From an uncultured Gammaproteobacteria bacterium (GTDB taxonomy: Bacteria; Patescibacteriota; Patescibacteriia; UBA9934), in NCBI GenBank assembly GCA_964414795.1, contig CAYPWV010000001.1, forward strand, positions 5,221 to 69,220: a stretch of DNA of 64,000 nt, given 5' to 3'. Below are positions 39,352-49,762 of the stretch, one piece after another; positions within the stretch are counted from its first letter, which is position 1, and every line of letters starts with the position of its first letter. Both the position numbers and the translations under genes were made by a program. The notes under the pieces were generated by a model that worked only from the letters and a program-made list of their open reading frames with translations, made no database searches and was not told the DNA's origin.

Positions 39352-40353
39352 TTACGAGCTGCGCGTCAAGAGGAACTTATTTGCACGAATGTAATCAAGC
39401 GTCTTTTGCAAACCATCATCTAAACGCACGAGCGGAATCCAGCCTAATTTTTCTCGTGCTTTTTGCAGTGCGGGAAGCGCAAGCGGAATCATGTGCGCGG
39501 GCTGTGATTCGTACGTGATAGGAACGGTTACTCCGGCAAGCTCCATGATTTTTGTTGCGATGTCAGCAATGCGTACATCGGCATCGTTTCCAATATTTAC
39601 CGGACCAATGCCCTTTTCTGCTTTCATGAGCCGCATAAGGCCGTCTACAATATCGGTAACATACGTGAGCGATGTTGCACTTGTTTCATCTCCCGCAATG
39701 ATAATGGGCGTTTCATCAAGAACGTTGAGCACAAAGTCGGGAATTTGATGACCATGGAATAGTGGCATACGCGGACCGTACGTTCTAAAAATGCGCGCAA
39801 TTTTTCCGTCGATTCCCTGCACGGCTTCGTAGGTTGCAGTCATGGTTTCTGCAAAACGTTTTCCTTCGTTAAAGCAGCCGCGAGGATTGAGGTGATCAAA
39901 CATGCCGAGCGCGTCTTCTTTTACCATGGCATGATCTTGATGACTTCCGTAAATGGTTGCGGAAGACGCAAGAAGAAACTTTGCACTGTACTTTACTGCA
40001 ACATCCAGCACGTTTTTCATACCCACGGAATTGCTCAGCACTGCGTGCATGCGAAACTTTTCGTAGTTTTTTACCGATGTGGGCATGGCAAGATGATAGA
40101 TCTCTTGGATGCCTACAAACTTCACTTTAAATGGATCAAGCTCGGAAAAAGATTCAATCTGAAAAGGGTCGTTAATGTTGAGTTTAAGAAATTGAAAATC
40201 AGGATTGCGTAAAAACGCATCGATATTGAGCAAATTTCCTGTAGAAATATCATCAATGCAAATAACGCGATTTCCTTCCCGGAGCAGCGCTTCGCACAAA
40301 AAAGAACCAATAAATCCCGCACCTCCGGTAACGAGAACATTCTTCTTTTCCAT
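39352..40353 (-). CDS. UDP-glucuronate decarboxylase-like SDR with substituted catalytic residues
   Basis: TGGAGFIGS, IYHLA.P.S, GCFNEGKR.AE, RIF.TYGPRM. Confidence 0.82.
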   Translation of the reverse strand: MEKKNVLVTGGAGFIGSFLCEALLREGNRVICIDDISTGNLLNIDAFLRNPDFQFLKLNINDPFQIESFSELDPFKVKFVGIQEIYHLAMPTSVKNYEKFRMHAVLSNSVGMKNVLDVAVKYSAKFLLASSATIYGSHQDHAMVKEDALGMFDHLNPRGCFNEGKRFAETMTATYEAVQGIDGKIARIFRTYGPRMPLFHGHQIPDFVLNVLDETPIIIAGDETSATSLTYVTDIVDGLMRLMKAEKGIGPVNIGNDADVRIADIATKIMELAGVTVPITYESQPAHMIPLALPALQKAREKLGWIPLVRLDDGLQKTLDYIRANKFLLTRSS

Positions 40354-40366
40354 AGATACGCCTATT

Positions 40367-42436
40367 TTACCATGCGGACATCCACGTTCCGGCTACCGGA
40401 ACAATGTCCTTCAGCTCTCCCATAAGCGAGCCCTCTGGCGTCCATACCTGCACACTTCCCGCATGTCCATGCGGTGCGGTAACAATATCCCACACTCCGT
40501 CCACATCAATATCCGCAACAGAAACTGTGGTACCACCATCATCAGTTATATCGGTAATAAAAAACTCCTTCCAAAGTGCACCGATATAATTAAAGATACG
40601 CACATGCCCTGCACCTCCGGTAAGCGGACCAATCACAATTTCATCTCGTGCATCATCATCAAAGTCCCCTGCACTTAACGAAAGACCGGCGGTCATCTTT
40701 TCTGCATACGCAAGAAAATCTACCAGATGCGTTCCGTCTGCGTTATACACGGCAACACGAGGCTCGTGGTCTTGTGCAGCAATAACAATTTCTTTCTCCC
40801 AGTCTCGATCAACGTCCGCAACCGCAACGGTAAAGCGCGTCCCCTCTACAAATCCATCTACGGTAAATCGAGAAAATTCATTCCCGCTTTGATCAAAAAT
40901 AACCACATCATTACTTACTCCCGCGCCTACTGCAGTTACAATTTCTTCAATGCCATCTCCTGTTACGTCCCCAATCGCAGCTGAAACGCCCTGGAGCGAA
41001 GATTCGTCATACGCAAAGAATTGCTTCTTTAGCCCTCCTGATGCCGTAAAAACGCGCACTTGTGGTCCACCTCCTACGCCGGGCGTTGCAACAATTTCAA
41101 CGGCATTATCATCATTCAAATCGTCGGTTGCAGTCTGTACTCCCCCAGTAAATACTTCATCAAATGCAAGGAATGATGCATATTTTATACCGTCCGCACG
41201 CCACACATTTACCCACGGGGCACTTCCTGCGCGTGCCCCGAGCGCCATGTACGAATCATGTGCATCTGGGAAATCGTTGATTAGTTCGGTTGTGGTCGTG
41301 GTGTCTGTGGGATCAGATTGTATATCCGCCCCCGAAGACGTGGACGAACCCTGATTTGCAACTAGCACCCCCGCAGTTTCAAGTGCGCGAGCAATATTAA
41401 TGCGCCCCGCACCCAAAGATCCAGAGCCCGCAAAAGGATACGCAGGATCTACACTGAGTTTTAATGCGGAACGTACATTATCAACAGAAATAGTGGGATA
41501 CGCACTTTTCAAAAGCGCCGCAGCTCCTGCAACAATGGGGCTTGCCATAGACGTTCCGTTCCACGGTCCAATATACAAATCGCGATCATCCGCACTTGCT
41601 CCATCTTCGGCATACTCCAAACCAAAAATGTCTTCTCCGGGCGCTGCAATATCAGCGCAATCTGAACCGTAATTGGTAAAATCGCTTTCTTGATCGGCGC
41701 TATTTGTTGCCGTTACACCAATCACCCAATCAGCTGCATTACTACGCAAACATGCCGGATATACCGGCTCATCATTCACGTTTTGCGTATCGTTTCCGAG
41801 GGCCGCAACAACAACGACATCGTGTTCGTACGCATTCTGCACCGCATTACGTAACGATGCATTCGTTTCATTTCCTACAAAACTTAAATTAATAACATTC
41901 GCACCATTTTTTACCGCATAATTTATCGCAGTAGCGGCATCCGCTTCGCTTCCTGCGCCATTTTCATCCAAAATACGAATGGGCATAATATGCACATCCC
42001 ACGCAATTCCCGTATATCCTCGATGATTATTCCCTACTGCACCGATAATTCCCGCAACTACCGATCCATGCGATTGCGCGCTTGGATCAAGCGAATCTTC
42101 GAGCATAGGTTCTGGCACATTATCATCATCAACAAAATCCCATCCCTGCACATCATCAATAAAGCCGTTTCTATCATCGTCTTTATTATTATCGGAAATT
42201 TCTTTGGTATTTTCCCAAAGATTTACTTCTAAATCAGGGTGCGTAAGCGCAACACCGGTATCGAGCACCGCAACCACAACGCTATCACTTCCCGTTGTCA
42301 CATCCCACGCATCCGGAGCAGAAATATGAGGCAAATACCATAAATCTCCATACTGCGTATCATTGGGCGTACGAGCAAACGCCAAGGAAGGAATAAAAAA
42401 ACTCACACCGACGAGCACTGCACAGATTCTACGCAT
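40367..42436 (-). CDS. Secreted S8 subtilase with C-terminal FG-GAP-like repeats
   Basis: DTG, HG..VAG, GTSMASP triad; repeated GD..GDG..EIV and GP.VRVF units. Confidence 0.92.
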   Translation of the reverse strand: MRRICAVLVGVSFFIPSLAFARTPNDTQYGDLWYLPHISAPDAWDVTTGSDSVVVAVLDTGVALTHPDLEVNLWENTKEISDNNKDDDRNGFIDDVQGWDFVDDDNVPEPMLEDSLDPSAQSHGSVVAGIIGAVGNNHRGYTGIAWDVHIMPIRILDENGAGSEADAATAINYAVKNGANVINLSFVGNETNASLRNAVQNAYEHDVVVVAALGNDTQNVNDEPVYPACLRSNAADWVIGVTATNSADQESDFTNYGSDCADIAAPGEDIFGLEYAEDGASADDRDLYIGPWNGTSMASPIVAGAAALLKSAYPTISVDNVRSALKLSVDPAYPFAGSGSLGAGRINIARALETAGVLVANQGSSTSSGADIQSDPTDTTTTTELINDFPDAHDSYMALGARAGSAPWVNVWRADGIKYASFLAFDEVFTGGVQTATDDLNDDNAVEIVATPGVGGGPQVRVFTASGGLKKQFFAYDESSLQGVSAAIGDVTGDGIEEIVTAVGAGVSNDVVIFDQSGNEFSRFTVDGFVEGTRFTVAVADVDRDWEKEIVIAAQDHEPRVAVYNADGTHLVDFLAYAEKMTAGLSLSAGDFDDDARDEIVIGPLTGGAGHVRIFNYIGALWKEFFITDITDDGGTTVSVADIDVDGVWDIVTAPHGHAGSVQVWTPEGSLMGELKDIVPVAGTWMSAW

Positions 42437-42510
42437 ATAACCACAGTATGACATACAAACAAAATACCGACGCTTTCGATTTGCAACTATGTACGTACAG
42501 GCGGTTGCTT

Positions 42511-42539
42511 GTACGGGCGGGTTTTAAACCCACCCCTAC
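42511..42539. repeat. GTAG-type REP
   Basis: GTACGGGCGGGTTTTAAACCCACCCCTAC; copies at 34273-34301 and 47692-47720. Confidence 0.85.
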
Positions 42540-43282
42540 TCTGCGGTATGCAACTCCGGCGCCTTCCCATCATCTTCAGTAACATTCATCGCTTTACATG
42601 CGGCTATTGCAGCTTTTGCCTCATCAATCACTTGCTGACGAATTTCATCGGTTGTCGCAAGATCTTCTGCCACATCAAAATGATCGCGCGACCGATCACA
42701 ATCTCCTGCATCGGCATACCAATTTCCGAGTCCAATCATGTTAAACATCTTTCGCCCAAGTATTTCTACCGATTGCTCGTACAATTCTTTTACTTTATCA
42801 CGTTCATCGGGAAATTGCTGGGTGAGAATGCGAATAGCATCACGATATGTTGTTTCAATTGGCGTAAGTTCTACCGCGCGCAAATAGGCATTTTTTGCAT
42901 TTTCATAGTCTTGCATTGTAAACAATGTGTAGCCATAAGAACTCCACGTTGCACTGTTGAGCGAATTATACGTAAGAGATGCTTCAAGCGATTCACGCGC
43001 AAGAACTAAGTCACCCAAAATAAGTGCATCGCTTGCAATGGCATTATATAGATCGGTATTGATTTCTTGTCCCGCATCTTTTGATGCTTGGATGGAAGCC
43101 TGAGCTGTTGCAATACGCTGTTGTGCAAGTGTACGAACACCTTCGTCTGACTGCACATCTATGTGCGTTATCAATCCTTTGTACGGATCTTGATTCGTCC
43201 AAGAGTAGACGCCAATTCCGAGTGCAATAAGAACTGCAAGAACTGCTGCGGAAAAAATGTACTGTTCGCGAGAAAATTTCAT
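42536..43282 (-). CDS. Membrane-anchored TPR protein
   Basis: N-terminal TM; TPR-like W..YG......DY..A...Y.RA.EL.P. Confidence 0.75.
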   Translation of the reverse strand: MKFSREQYIFSAAVLAVLIALGIGVYSWTNQDPYKGLITHIDVQSDEGVRTLAQQRIATAQASIQASKDAGQEINTDLYNAIASDALILGDLVLARESLEASLTYNSLNSATWSSYGYTLFTMQDYENAKNAYLRAVELTPIETTYRDAIRILTQQFPDERDKVKELYEQSVEILGRKMFNMIGLGNWYADAGDCDRSRDHFDVAEDLATTDEIRQQVIDEAKAAIAACKAMNVTEDDGKAPELHTAE

Positions 43283-43317
43283 ATAAAGAAATGGTAGCAA
43301 AAAATTCCCTAAAAACC

Positions 43318-43354
43318 AAACCCCCCGCAGCTCCGAAGAGCGACGGGGGTTTTT
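43318..43354. terminator. Terminator after the S-layer-like gene
   Basis: AAACCCCCCG...CGGGGGTTTT hairpin flanked by A and T tracts. Confidence 0.8.
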
Positions 43355-43389
43355 GGCGTTCGCATCAGACTTCTTACGAAGAATGAGGT

Positions 43390-46300
43390 TTAGAACCGTA
43401 CTGATGAAGCACCGCTGAAGTCAGTGATGTCGACGAGGTATGCACCCCACCAGTCATCCTGGCCACCAACAGAACCGGACACACCATCATCCTTCCACAT
43501 GAAGGAAGCTGGCATGCGGTCAACGTCATCAGCCGCATCGTTGTTTGTACCAGCACTGTCACGTGCGGTGTTCAAGTAGCCACGAACAACGGTAAGGTCG
43601 TTCGTTGCAATGTTCACCAAGAGCATAAGCTCATCACCCGAAGCACAAGCGTTGTCAGCCGTGTCCATACAGAGAATATCTCCAATGGTGTAGGCAGCGC
43701 CGCTCGTTACACTGAGTGTAGTGTCAGTTGCTGTTACGTTGCTCTCGTTGAGGTCGCTTGCTGAGAGGAAGCTTGCTGCAGCAATGATCGGATCAGCTAC
43801 GATCTCGAACAATACGCTGTCATTATCAGCGCTTGCACCAGCCGCACTCATGTAGAGCGAATACGTCTTGGTGGTTCCCGCTGGAACAACTTCATCAGCA
43901 CTAAAGGTTGCCCGTACGTAAGTGAGATCTGCTGCGGTACCATCACACACTGCACCCGTAGACTTATAGAGAGTCCACGCTGCGTCTGCGGTGTCAAGAG
44001 CAGTCGTGAGGTTCGAACGATCATAGATGTCGAACTCAGTAGATGCCTTAACGTAGGTGCCAGGAGAAGAAGTATCACACGTATTCCAGTCAGATGCGGT
44101 CGTATCGGTAGCGGTCAACTTAAAGAGGACGCTATCCATAACCACATCTTCGCTAGAAGTTGCGGACACATTGAAACGAAGTACTTCAGGACGTCCACCT
44201 GCAACACCAGAGGTTGGGGAAGAGGAAGAACGAGCCACAGAAGGGTAAGATTCTTTTACTACGAAGGTAGGAACCAAATCGGTTGCGAATGCATCGTCAC
44301 CAATTGCGGATGCCTGATCATCGTCATCAAGAGTAGAACCCGATCCATCACCCGTTACCTGGAAGTTATCATCGCCCGTTGTGTCTACAAAGAGACCCAT
44401 ACGAACCATTTCGTTTGATGTTGCCGATCCACCAGACACACGGTCGGTAGAAGGAACATTCACATACACTTCAACATCGGTAGGTTCATCAACTGCTACA
44501 GGGATCGAGAGACCCGAGAAGCGAGCTGCATTTCCTGACATAGATGCGCTTGGAGCAGAACCCTCCATGCCATCCCATGCAAGAGAAACCGTGGAAACGT
44601 TGTTTGCATATGCACTTGAATCTGCAGTTCCTGTATCATCCTCAGCTTGCTCTTCAGAGAAGGAAAGCGTGTTGATAGTGAATGCTTCGTTCGTTGCCGT
44701 GAAGCGGTACGTTCCTACGTGGTTGTTTGAAGAACCGGTACGAAGGAAGTCTGCATCTGGCATGTCTGCAGCAACTGCTACAGAGAGCGATCCGGATGCG
44801 TTTACCGAAACAATGTTTGTTGCTGCGGTACCACCGTTTACTGCATCACCCGTTGCCGTTACCGTGTCACCATCTTCATCTTCTGCGGTAATGTCGGCGC
44901 TAACGTCGGCAAGATCAAAAGAGAGATAGGTAACCGTAGCTTCGGAAGGGTTTGCAAGATTACACTCTACATTCAAGGTAACTACATCGGATGATTCAAG
45001 GATCCAATCCATGTTGTCGAAGGTGATGGTGTTACCCGTTGAAGCAGGAGCTTCAGGACCACCTACAAGCGTACTGCCATCGTAAAGAGAGCAGGACTCA
45101 ACATAATCTTCTACCTGACCATCTGTTTCACCACCAAGTACCAACGTGGTGTCGTCAGCATCTCCATAAGCGGAGAGCACAATGTCGGTAACCGTTACAT
45201 CGGAGGAGTCACCTGCCGTTACAGTAAAGCCTACAACCGTATGGCTGTCGGTACCCTGAACGGTCGTGGTGTCACCTGGCGTAGAAGCCAAAGCGATTGT
45301 AAGGGAAGCGGACAATGCTTCTTGGTTATAACCGGTAAGGTCAGAACCAGGAACGATGTCAGATCCAGAAAGTGCGTCACCATTGCCGTCTTCGATCGAA
45401 AGACCGGAAACGTCAAGAGCAGCAGCAAATTCGGTACCCGAAGTTGCAGAGCTATCAATGTCTGCAGTAACTGCAAGGTTCAAGGTTGAACCCGCTTCAA
45501 TTGTGGTGTCGTCCGTGAAGTCGATGGTTTGATCTGCGTCATCACCTGCGGTGACTGCAGAATCAAGTTCCAAAGGACCCATGAATACAGCACCGGTATC
45601 TACGTTGATGATCTTGATATCTTTCAAGTTTGCATCAGCCGTGTTGATCAAACCGTCAGCATCAGAAGCTGCGGCACCAGAGGAATCATCTACTGCATCA
45701 GTTGCATCGTTATCGCCGTCGTCATCACCGTACACGATGATGTCGAGGTCCTTAACGGTAACTTCCTGAGCTGCGGTAAGAGAGAACTCCAAGAGAACCT
45801 GATCTTGACCATCAACCTGAACGTCGCCTGCGGAAGGACCATTAAATGCGAACGTTACTTCGCCACCCTGCACGGTACTGAATGAACAGTTACCGGAAGA
45901 AGTGGTACAAGAAGTACCGTCGTATGAACCGGAGTCTGCGGAAGCGATGTACACCGTGAGGCCATGACCGTAGTCACCACCCTCAGCAACAACGTCAATC
46001 GCATTGTCTACGAATACCTTAACGGTATCTGCATCTTGACCACCGATATCAGCGGAAAGACGGAAGATATTGCTGTCACCTTCTTCGATGTCAAATGGAC
46101 TATCGGAAAGATCACAAACAACCTGATCGCTCACGGTGTTTTCACACACAACGAGCCATTCAGAACCATCCCATAGGTTGTAATCTGAGTGATCGGAAGC
46201 GTTATCAACCTTGAGGGTGATAAGTTCTACCGAAGCATCTTCAGAACCCGTTGCATCGATTTTGAACTCTGCAATTTCTGCATCGTCTTCACCGATGGTT

Positions 46301-47523
46301 GGGTTATCAATGGTACCCGTCTTGGTAATGGTTACGTTACCGGAATCAGATCCAGAAAGCGTAAATTCATCACCAGAAACTGGGAAGTCTCCGTCTACAT
46401 CACCAGAAGCGGTGATCATCTCTGCAGATTCAATTTCGAATCCGAAAGTGTCAGCCGCGGTTTGAGACGCAGAAACGGTTACCTTGACATCAAGAGTTAC
46501 CGTTTCACCTGCAGGGATCTCCACATCAAGCGAACTCATAGTAACTTCGCGTGTAGAAGAGTTCACCGTGCGAGATTCGGTAAGACGCGTTGCACCTTCG
46601 TAAAGGTACACTGCAGCAATATTGGTGGTAGCACCTGCACCTGTTAAGGAGAGGACAAGACCATCAAGTGTTGCATCCTCAGAACCTGCTTCAACGTCGA
46701 AAGAGAATACTTCAACGCCATTTGCGCCACCTGTTACGGTGGAACCTACTGGCATAGAAGAAGCTTCGGAGATAGTGATATCACCCGTTGTAGTAGGCTC
46801 ATCAGTTTCTTCGGTTTGTGCAGCATCTACAAGAGAGGTCACTTCCGAAGAAATGTCATCACCTGCAGTAAGTGCGCTGTCATCGATGCCGGAACCATCC
46901 AAAACGAATTTGGACATAAGACCATTAGCATCCATGCCATCATCACTTACCATACGCATTTCATCATCCCATGAAAGGTACGTATAGCTACCAGACTCGT
47001 AAAGAGCTCCTTCGTATACGGTAGCCTCCATAAGAGAGGTGCCTACGGTGTAATCTGCAAAGAATACATCAGGAACGTCAACAACTCGGCTGCTCCAATC
47101 GGAACCGGCAAAGTCTTCAGCGACGTCTTCAGATTCAATCCAGTGGAGCATGCCGTCGCGAGCAACTGCATACACACTTTCATCAGACTGTACCTTTACC
47201 CACCAAGAACCAGGACGCATAACCACGTTACCACCAAGGGTAATGTCGGAAAGAGCGCTGTCGGAGATGGTAGATACATCATCAAAGTCAGCGTACCAAG
47301 AGAAGAACGTGGTTTCGTTAGGGAATACGTAGCGCTCGCCGTCATAACCGTAGTAATAAACGGTGGAGAGAGACGTTCCCTTGATGAGATCGCCAGCAGA
47401 AGCTGCGCTCACCGATGCAGGGGAAACAAGAAGGCCTGCACCTACGGAGAAAGCAATGGTCGCCGCAGCTACTGCTGCAGAGAAAACACGCTTACCCGTT
47501 TGAAGAACATGTTGCATAAGCAA
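43390..47523 (-). CDS. Giant acidic secreted S-layer-like surface protein
   Basis: Signal peptide, AGDLIKG....VYY and YVFPNE..F.SWY N-terminal module, long D/S/T/G-rich beta repeats. Confidence 0.8.
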   Translation of the reverse strand: MLMQHVLQTGKRVFSAAVAAATIAFSVGAGLLVSPASVSAASAGDLIKGTSLSTVYYYGYDGERYVFPNETTFFSWYADFDDVSTISDSALSDITLGGNVVMRPGSWWVKVQSDESVYAVARDGMLHWIESEDVAEDFAGSDWSSRVVDVPDVFFADYTVGTSLMEATVYEGALYESGSYTYLSWDDEMRMVSDDGMDANGLMSKFVLDGSGIDDSALTAGDDISSEVTSLVDAAQTEETDEPTTTGDITISEASSMPVGSTVTGGANGVEVFSFDVEAGSEDATLDGLVLSLTGAGATTNIAAVYLYEGATRLTESRTVNSSTREVTMSSLDVEIPAGETVTLDVKVTVSASQTAADTFGFEIESAEMITASGDVDGDFPVSGDEFTLSGSDSGNVTITKTGTIDNPTIGEDDAEIAEFKIDATGSEDASVELITLKVDNASDHSDYNLWDGSEWLVVCENTVSDQVVCDLSDSPFDIEEGDSNIFRLSADIGGQDADTVKVFVDNAIDVVAEGGDYGHGLTVYIASADSGSYDGTSCTTSSGNCSFSTVQGGEVTFAFNGPSAGDVQVDGQDQVLLEFSLTAAQEVTVKDLDIIVYGDDDGDNDATDAVDDSSGAAASDADGLINTADANLKDIKIINVDTGAVFMGPLELDSAVTAGDDADQTIDFTDDTTIEAGSTLNLAVTADIDSSATSGTEFAAALDVSGLSIEDGNGDALSGSDIVPGSDLTGYNQEALSASLTIALASTPGDTTTVQGTDSHTVVGFTVTAGDSSDVTVTDIVLSAYGDADDTTLVLGGETDGQVEDYVESCSLYDGSTLVGGPEAPASTGNTITFDNMDWILESSDVVTLNVECNLANPSEATVTYLSFDLADVSADITAEDEDGDTVTATGDAVNGGTAATNIVSVNASGSLSVAVAADMPDADFLRTGSSNNHVGTYRFTATNEAFTINTLSFSEEQAEDDTGTADSSAYANNVSTVSLAWDGMEGSAPSASMSGNAARFSGLSIPVAVDEPTDVEVYVNVPSTDRVSGGSATSNEMVRMGLFVDTTGDDNFQVTGDGSGSTLDDDDQASAIGDDAFATDLVPTFVVKESYPSVARSSSSPTSGVAGGRPEVLRFNVSATSSEDVVMDSVLFKLTATDTTASDWNTCDTSSPGTYVKASTEFDIYDRSNLTTALDTADAAWTLYKSTGAVCDGTAADLTYVRATFSADEVVPAGTTKTYSLYMSAAGASADNDSVLFEIVADPIIAAASFLSASDLNESNVTATDTTLSVTSGAAYTIGDILCMDTADNACASGDELMLLVNIATNDLTVVRGYLNTARDSAGTNNDAADDVDRMPASFMWKDDGVSGSVGGQDDWWGAYLVDITDFSGASSVRF

Positions 47524-47738
47524 TAAAGAATTGGCTCTTTTACCCCAGAGCCGGGGGTGAGTGTGAAGAAGGACAAAGCCGGCCCTGCGGCCTCGACTTT
47601 TACTGGATTTGTCAGGGATGCGAACGCCATCCCTTCAGAGGCCATCACGTGGGGTGATGATGTCTAAAGGAAGGGTGTTGTAGAGGCGGGGGTAGGGGCG
47701 GGTTTTAAACCCGCCCGTACAAGCCCCCCGCCCTTGCG

Positions 47739-48842
47739 CTAGGGCTGCGTCATAAGTGCTGCGATAATCGTTTCTTCGACCAGCGTGAGATTGCCTTCTA
47801 TCTCTGCAAGAGAAACGTCCATTTCGCCAAGCGCATCAAGCGCCGAACGGAAACCTCCCGCAGCAAAGTTATCCATGAGAAGAGGAATTACAGCGTCCAT
47901 ATCTGCAACATTATCTTTCATGGCAGTGAAAACGGATTTCTTAGGAAGTACTACTCCCGCTTGCGCAAGAAGAGCCTTTTGCTCCATAGAAATTTGTTCA
48001 ATTTTACTTATACGATGGAACACCATTGCACGGCGTGCTTCAATAGATCCAAGTGTTGTGCGAAATAAACTTTCCATTTCACGTTTTGATTCTTCGCTTG
48101 GAGAAACTTCGTGTGATTTTATTGCGACATCGGTTGCAACTTCAGCGATAGCATCAGTCGTTTCTGCAACTTGTTCAGCAACATCTTGCGACTGCACGTC
48201 ACCTTCTACAATAACGACATCTTCCAAAGAGAGATGATCGACGAACGCTGGTGACACCGTGAGCTGTTCTGCGGATTCATTAAGCACCGCGACTTGATCG
48301 AGCACATTTGCCGCGGTAGTAAGTGCTTGTGTTTGATTTTGTGTTTGGAGTGTTTGTAAATCTGTTGTAGCAGAAGCAATTTCTTCTTGATATGCAGTGA
48401 CCGTTTGGGAAATATAGTGTGCACGACCTGGCTCTTCACCAACAACCCGCTGCAACGCCGCAACTTCTTCAAGGCGATTACCCGCAAATTCGGTATGCAA
48501 TACCGCACGACGATCAAGAGATGCAAGTTGCAGCTGCGCGCGCTCCGCAATAAGTTTTACATTGTAGAGCGTATCTCCCGGCAAGCTGGATTGTGCCGCA
48601 GAAGTGGTCATCCATCCGCCCGTAAGAAACACAAAAGCCGCAGCACTAATTGCTACCGGCTTATAAATAAAGGATTGCGCAAACACCGCAAACGATCCGG
48701 TTGCAGAAGGAGCTGATTCAAACACCGCATCGGGCAACGCAGAAAGAAGACGCGCGCGTGCTTGGGCATGCTCCGTAGCATCAACTGCACCTGCCAAGGG
48801 CAGGTTTTTTGCTTTTCGCAATGCAGAAGGAAGGAAAAACAC
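47739..48842 (-). CDS. DUF5667-like membrane protein, putative anti-sigma factor
   Basis: TM followed by SLPGD.LY.VK...E and helical region; directly downstream of the ECF sigma gene. Confidence 0.75.
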   Translation of the reverse strand: MFFLPSALRKAKNLPLAGAVDATEHAQARARLLSALPDAVFESAPSATGSFAVFAQSFIYKPVAISAAAFVFLTGGWMTTSAAQSSLPGDTLYNVKLIAERAQLQLASLDRRAVLHTEFAGNRLEEVAALQRVVGEEPGRAHYISQTVTAYQEEIASATTDLQTLQTQNQTQALTTAANVLDQVAVLNESAEQLTVSPAFVDHLSLEDVVIVEGDVQSQDVAEQVAETTDAIAEVATDVAIKSHEVSPSEESKREMESLFRTTLGSIEARRAMVFHRISKIEQISMEQKALLAQAGVVLPKKSVFTAMKDNVADMDAVIPLLMDNFAAGGFRSALDALGEMDVSLAEIEGNLTLVEETIIAALMTQP

Positions 48843-48845
48843 AGG

Positions 48846-49379
48846 CTAAGGATGTACTATTTTTTTTAACGCAGCTTTTGCACGATGCAAAAGCACACGA
48901 ATATTGTTGGGAGTTTTTGTGAGTGCTGTTGCAATTTCTTCTATGTCCATTTCACTGAGGTATCGCATGGTGAGTACTTCTTGATATTCCTCTTTCAGCG
49001 TTTTGAGCGCAACGATTATCTGCTCACCTGCGAGATGTATATCGAGTGCGTCGGGAATATTCGTTGCATCTTGAAGAGAGGCTTCAAGCACTTCGGTAAG
49101 CGCTTCGGGAGTTTTCTTTCGATAGAAATCTGCGATAAGATTTCTTGCGATACGAAAGAGCAACGCGCCTACATCTTCTACCATGCTTGATGTCATGTAT
49201 TCCCATGCACGGAGAAACGTTTCGTGAAGCAAATCTTCTGCATCTTCCTTACGAGGAAGTTTAAAAAAGAGAAACTTACGAATACGATCTGCGTACAGGT
49301 CGTACAGCTCTCCATATGCTTGACCATCGCGTGCGGTAAAAACACGCTTGGAAAGATATTTCGTGCGATATCCTGACAT
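48846..49379 (-). CDS. ECF RNA polymerase sigma factor
   Basis: AEDL..ETFLRAW, LFRIARN...D.YRK, region 4 EIA..L......V.LHRA. Confidence 0.92.
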   Translation of the reverse strand: MSGYRTKYLSKRVFTARDGQAYGELYDLYADRIRKFLFFKLPRKEDAEDLLHETFLRAWEYMTSSMVEDVGALLFRIARNLIADFYRKKTPEALTEVLEASLQDATNIPDALDIHLAGEQIIVALKTLKEEYQEVLTMRYLSEMDIEEIATALTKTPNNIRVLLHRAKAALKKIVHP

Positions 49380-49499
49380 GTAAGTAGACGTACGAGGCGA
49401 AGAATTATTACAGTACGGATTTTTACCCCCAAAAATCCTGTACAATATACCCGGTACGAAAGATGTAGGATACGGAAATTAGACCAAAAATGCAAGACT

Positions 49500-49736
49500 A
49501 TGCCCTCCCCTGTCTCTATCCGTCTTTCGGTGTCGGAAGCCGCAAAATTCCTTGGCGTAAGCACAAGAACCATTCGCAGAGCCATTCTTGCCGATGCGGT
49601 TACCTATGTAGTCGTTCAAGATCGCTATAAAATTACACTTGCCTCCCTATTATCATGGGCGGAACAGACCGCAACCGTAAAAAAGAAGCTTAATACCGTG
49701 GGTTTTGGAGCTTTTGTTGAGAGATGGAAAACGTAA
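49500..49736 (+). CDS. Excisionase-like (HTH_17) DNA-binding protein
   Basis: LSVSEAAKFLGVS.RTIRR. Confidence 0.85.
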   Translation: MPSPVSIRLSVSEAAKFLGVSTRTIRRAILADAVTYVVVQDRYKITLASLLSWAEQTATVKKKLNTVGFGAFVERWKT

Positions 49737-49761
49737 AGACGGCCCGACGGGCCGTCTTTAC
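49733..49761. terminator. Perfect hairpin between convergent genes
   Basis: GTAAAGACGGCCC-GAC-GGGCCGTCTTTAC. Confidence 0.75.
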
Positions 49762-49762
49762 A

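Noticed and set aside
43848-47526. Many antisense and alternate-frame ORFs over the S-layer-like gene and other long genes
   Set aside because: Shadow ORFs expected from codon bias; no independent motifs.
49500-49736. Excisionase marking an integrated element
   Set aside because: No integrase or att sites nearby and the flanks are envelope genes; more likely a stand-alone HTH regulator.
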